A DNA stretch of 64,000 nucleotides, from IMG/VR virus record IMGVR_UViG_3300010357_001370, positions 1 through 64,000 of that record. One strand, written 5' to 3'. The notes under the pieces are model-generated. The model had not been told where the DNA came from, did no database searches, and saw only the letters and a list, made by a program, of their open reading frames with translations. The position numbers and the translations under genes are program-made. This stretch comes from a virus (taxonomy: Duplodnaviria > Caudoviricetes). Each line of letters starts with the position of its first letter. Within the stretch, counting starts at the first letter, position 1. This document shows positions 63,036 to 64,000 of this stretch, piece after piece.

Positions 63036-63284
63036 CTAGATCCCCAGCGGGTTGTCGGACGTGTTGTACTTCATCCGGAAGGTGCGGTAGTCGAGACCGA
63101 CCTCTTCCAGGGTTTCGCGGCCGAGCTTGCCGTTGACGACGACGGTGCCGTCATCGCGGATCGAGTGGTCCTTCGCGTTGTACGCGCCGTACTTCTTCGA
63201 GTACGTCTTGTTGTACTCGTCGATCATGTACTGGGTCCAGACCTTGCGAATGAGCTTGTGGGTTACCTTAGCATTGTACGCCAT
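63036..63284 (-). CDS. Hypothetical protein
   Basis: AGGAG SD. Confidence 0.65.
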   Translation of the reverse strand: MAYNAKVTHKLIRKVWTQYMIDEYNKTYSKKYGAYNAKDHSIRDDGTVVVNGKLGRETLEEVGLDYRTFRMKYNTSDNPLGI

Positions 63285-63327
63285 GTAACTCTCCTATTGA
63301 GAAAATCACCCCTCGTACGAGGAAGTG

Positions 63328-63561
63328 TTAGATGACTGCGAGGCCCTCGCGCTTGAGGGTGCCGTTGTAGATGAAGTATTGGATGTTGGAGGGGGTGGAG
63401 GTGCGCTTCTTTTCCGCGGTGAGAATGCTCTTCTCATCGCCCTGGCTCTTGAGAGCGGCGATGTAGTCGTCGAGCGCCTTCTGAGCGGTGTCTTTGTCCC
63501 AGTTCTGATTGCCGTACTTCTGGATGACATCCAGGGCGATGTTGGACTGAGCTTTCGGCAT
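63328..63561 (-). CDS. Hypothetical protein
   Basis: AGGAGG SD. Confidence 0.65.
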   Translation of the reverse strand: MPKAQSNIALDVIQKYGNQNWDKDTAQKALDDYIAALKSQGDEKSILTAEKKRTSTPSNIQYFIYNGTLKREGLAVI

Positions 63562-63580
63562 GTGAGCCTCCTAGCAGAGG

Positions 63581-63607
63581 AAAATAGCCGCCCCATGCGG
63601 GGCGGCT
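63581..63607 (-). terminator. Rho-independent terminator
   Basis: AGCCGCCCC/GGGGCGGCT stem plus U-tract. Confidence 0.75.
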
Positions 63608-63620
63608 TTAGTTCTGTTAC

Positions 63621-64000
63621 TTACGCCTTGCGGATCCTGACGTCGGTGAAGTCGACATCGAACTCCTTGGCGAACTGGTACTTGGCCTTGCCGGCGGTCA
63701 TGTTCGAGTAGTACTCGACGCAGTCCGGATCGTAGGCGGAGCGGCACTCCCAGTTCCCGGTAGCCGGAGCCTTCTTCTCGGCCGAGGCAGCCTTGGGCTC
63801 GTCCTTGGCGTAGCTGTAGTCGTCGGTGCTGTACTTGTCCTTGATCTCCTCACCGTTCGGGATCTCAGAGACGACCTCGTACTCGCACACGCGCATCTTC
63901 TGGTTGTTGTAGTCGACGGGGACCGCGACCACGTTCTTGGGGTTGACCTTGCAGACCACGGTGCGGGCACCGCCGAAGGAGGCGAGGTAGCCGTAGGAGC
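63621..64000 (-). CDS. rIIB: rIIB-like protein, C-terminal part (5' end outside the window)
   Basis: SYGYLASFGGARTVVCKVNPKNVVAVPVDYNNQKMRVCEYEVV matches the rIIB C-terminal signature. Confidence 0.8.
   Translation of the reverse strand, partial: SYGYLASFGGARTVVCKVNPKNVVAVPVDYNNQKMRVCEYEVVSEIPNGEEIKDKYSTDDYSYAKDEPKAASAEKKAPATGNWECRSAYDPDCVEYYSNMTAGKAKYQFAKEFDVDFTDVRIRKA

Noticed and set aside
1-64000. Stop-codon reassignment, as seen in some jumbo phages
   Set aside because: Conserved proteins are full length under code 11, and TAA, TAG and TGA all terminate genes at sensible positions.
1-64000. tRNA or rRNA genes
   Set aside because: No cloverleaf or T-loop pattern was seen in the few intergenic gaps by eye; tRNAscan-SE would be needed to be certain.

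Overview
This window is a segment of a large T4-like (jumbo-type) bacteriophage genome in standard genetic code. It carries a gp23-like major capsid protein, a prohead protease fused to a scaffold, a gp20-like portal, a neck-like protein, a tail-fibre-like protein and a partial rIIB. Nucleotide and RNA-repair enzymes, homing endonucleases and many small early genes are also present. The standout feature is 10 radical SAM (rSAM) genes (11 domains), 9 of them in two clusters (5.7-10.2 kb and 48.9-58.0 kb). The second cluster surrounds two paralogous ~320-aa Cys/Tyr/Asn-rich proteins carrying ~15 Tyr-x-Asn motifs and C-terminal (N-H-S)n repeats, directly behind the portal and tail-fibre genes. 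This suggests a phage-encoded, RiPP-like system that cross-links or modifies virion proteins. Other notable items are a glycosyltransferase cluster, a family of putative head-cargo proteins sharing an acidic GDVSSF motif and a novel repeated domain, a membrane-anchored EAL phosphodiesterase, a candidate phage late promoter (ACTAAY) often in bidirectional palindromes, Shine-Dalgarno (SD)-sequestering hairpins and a probable +1 frameshift. All product calls come from motifs read by eye; no database searches were run.
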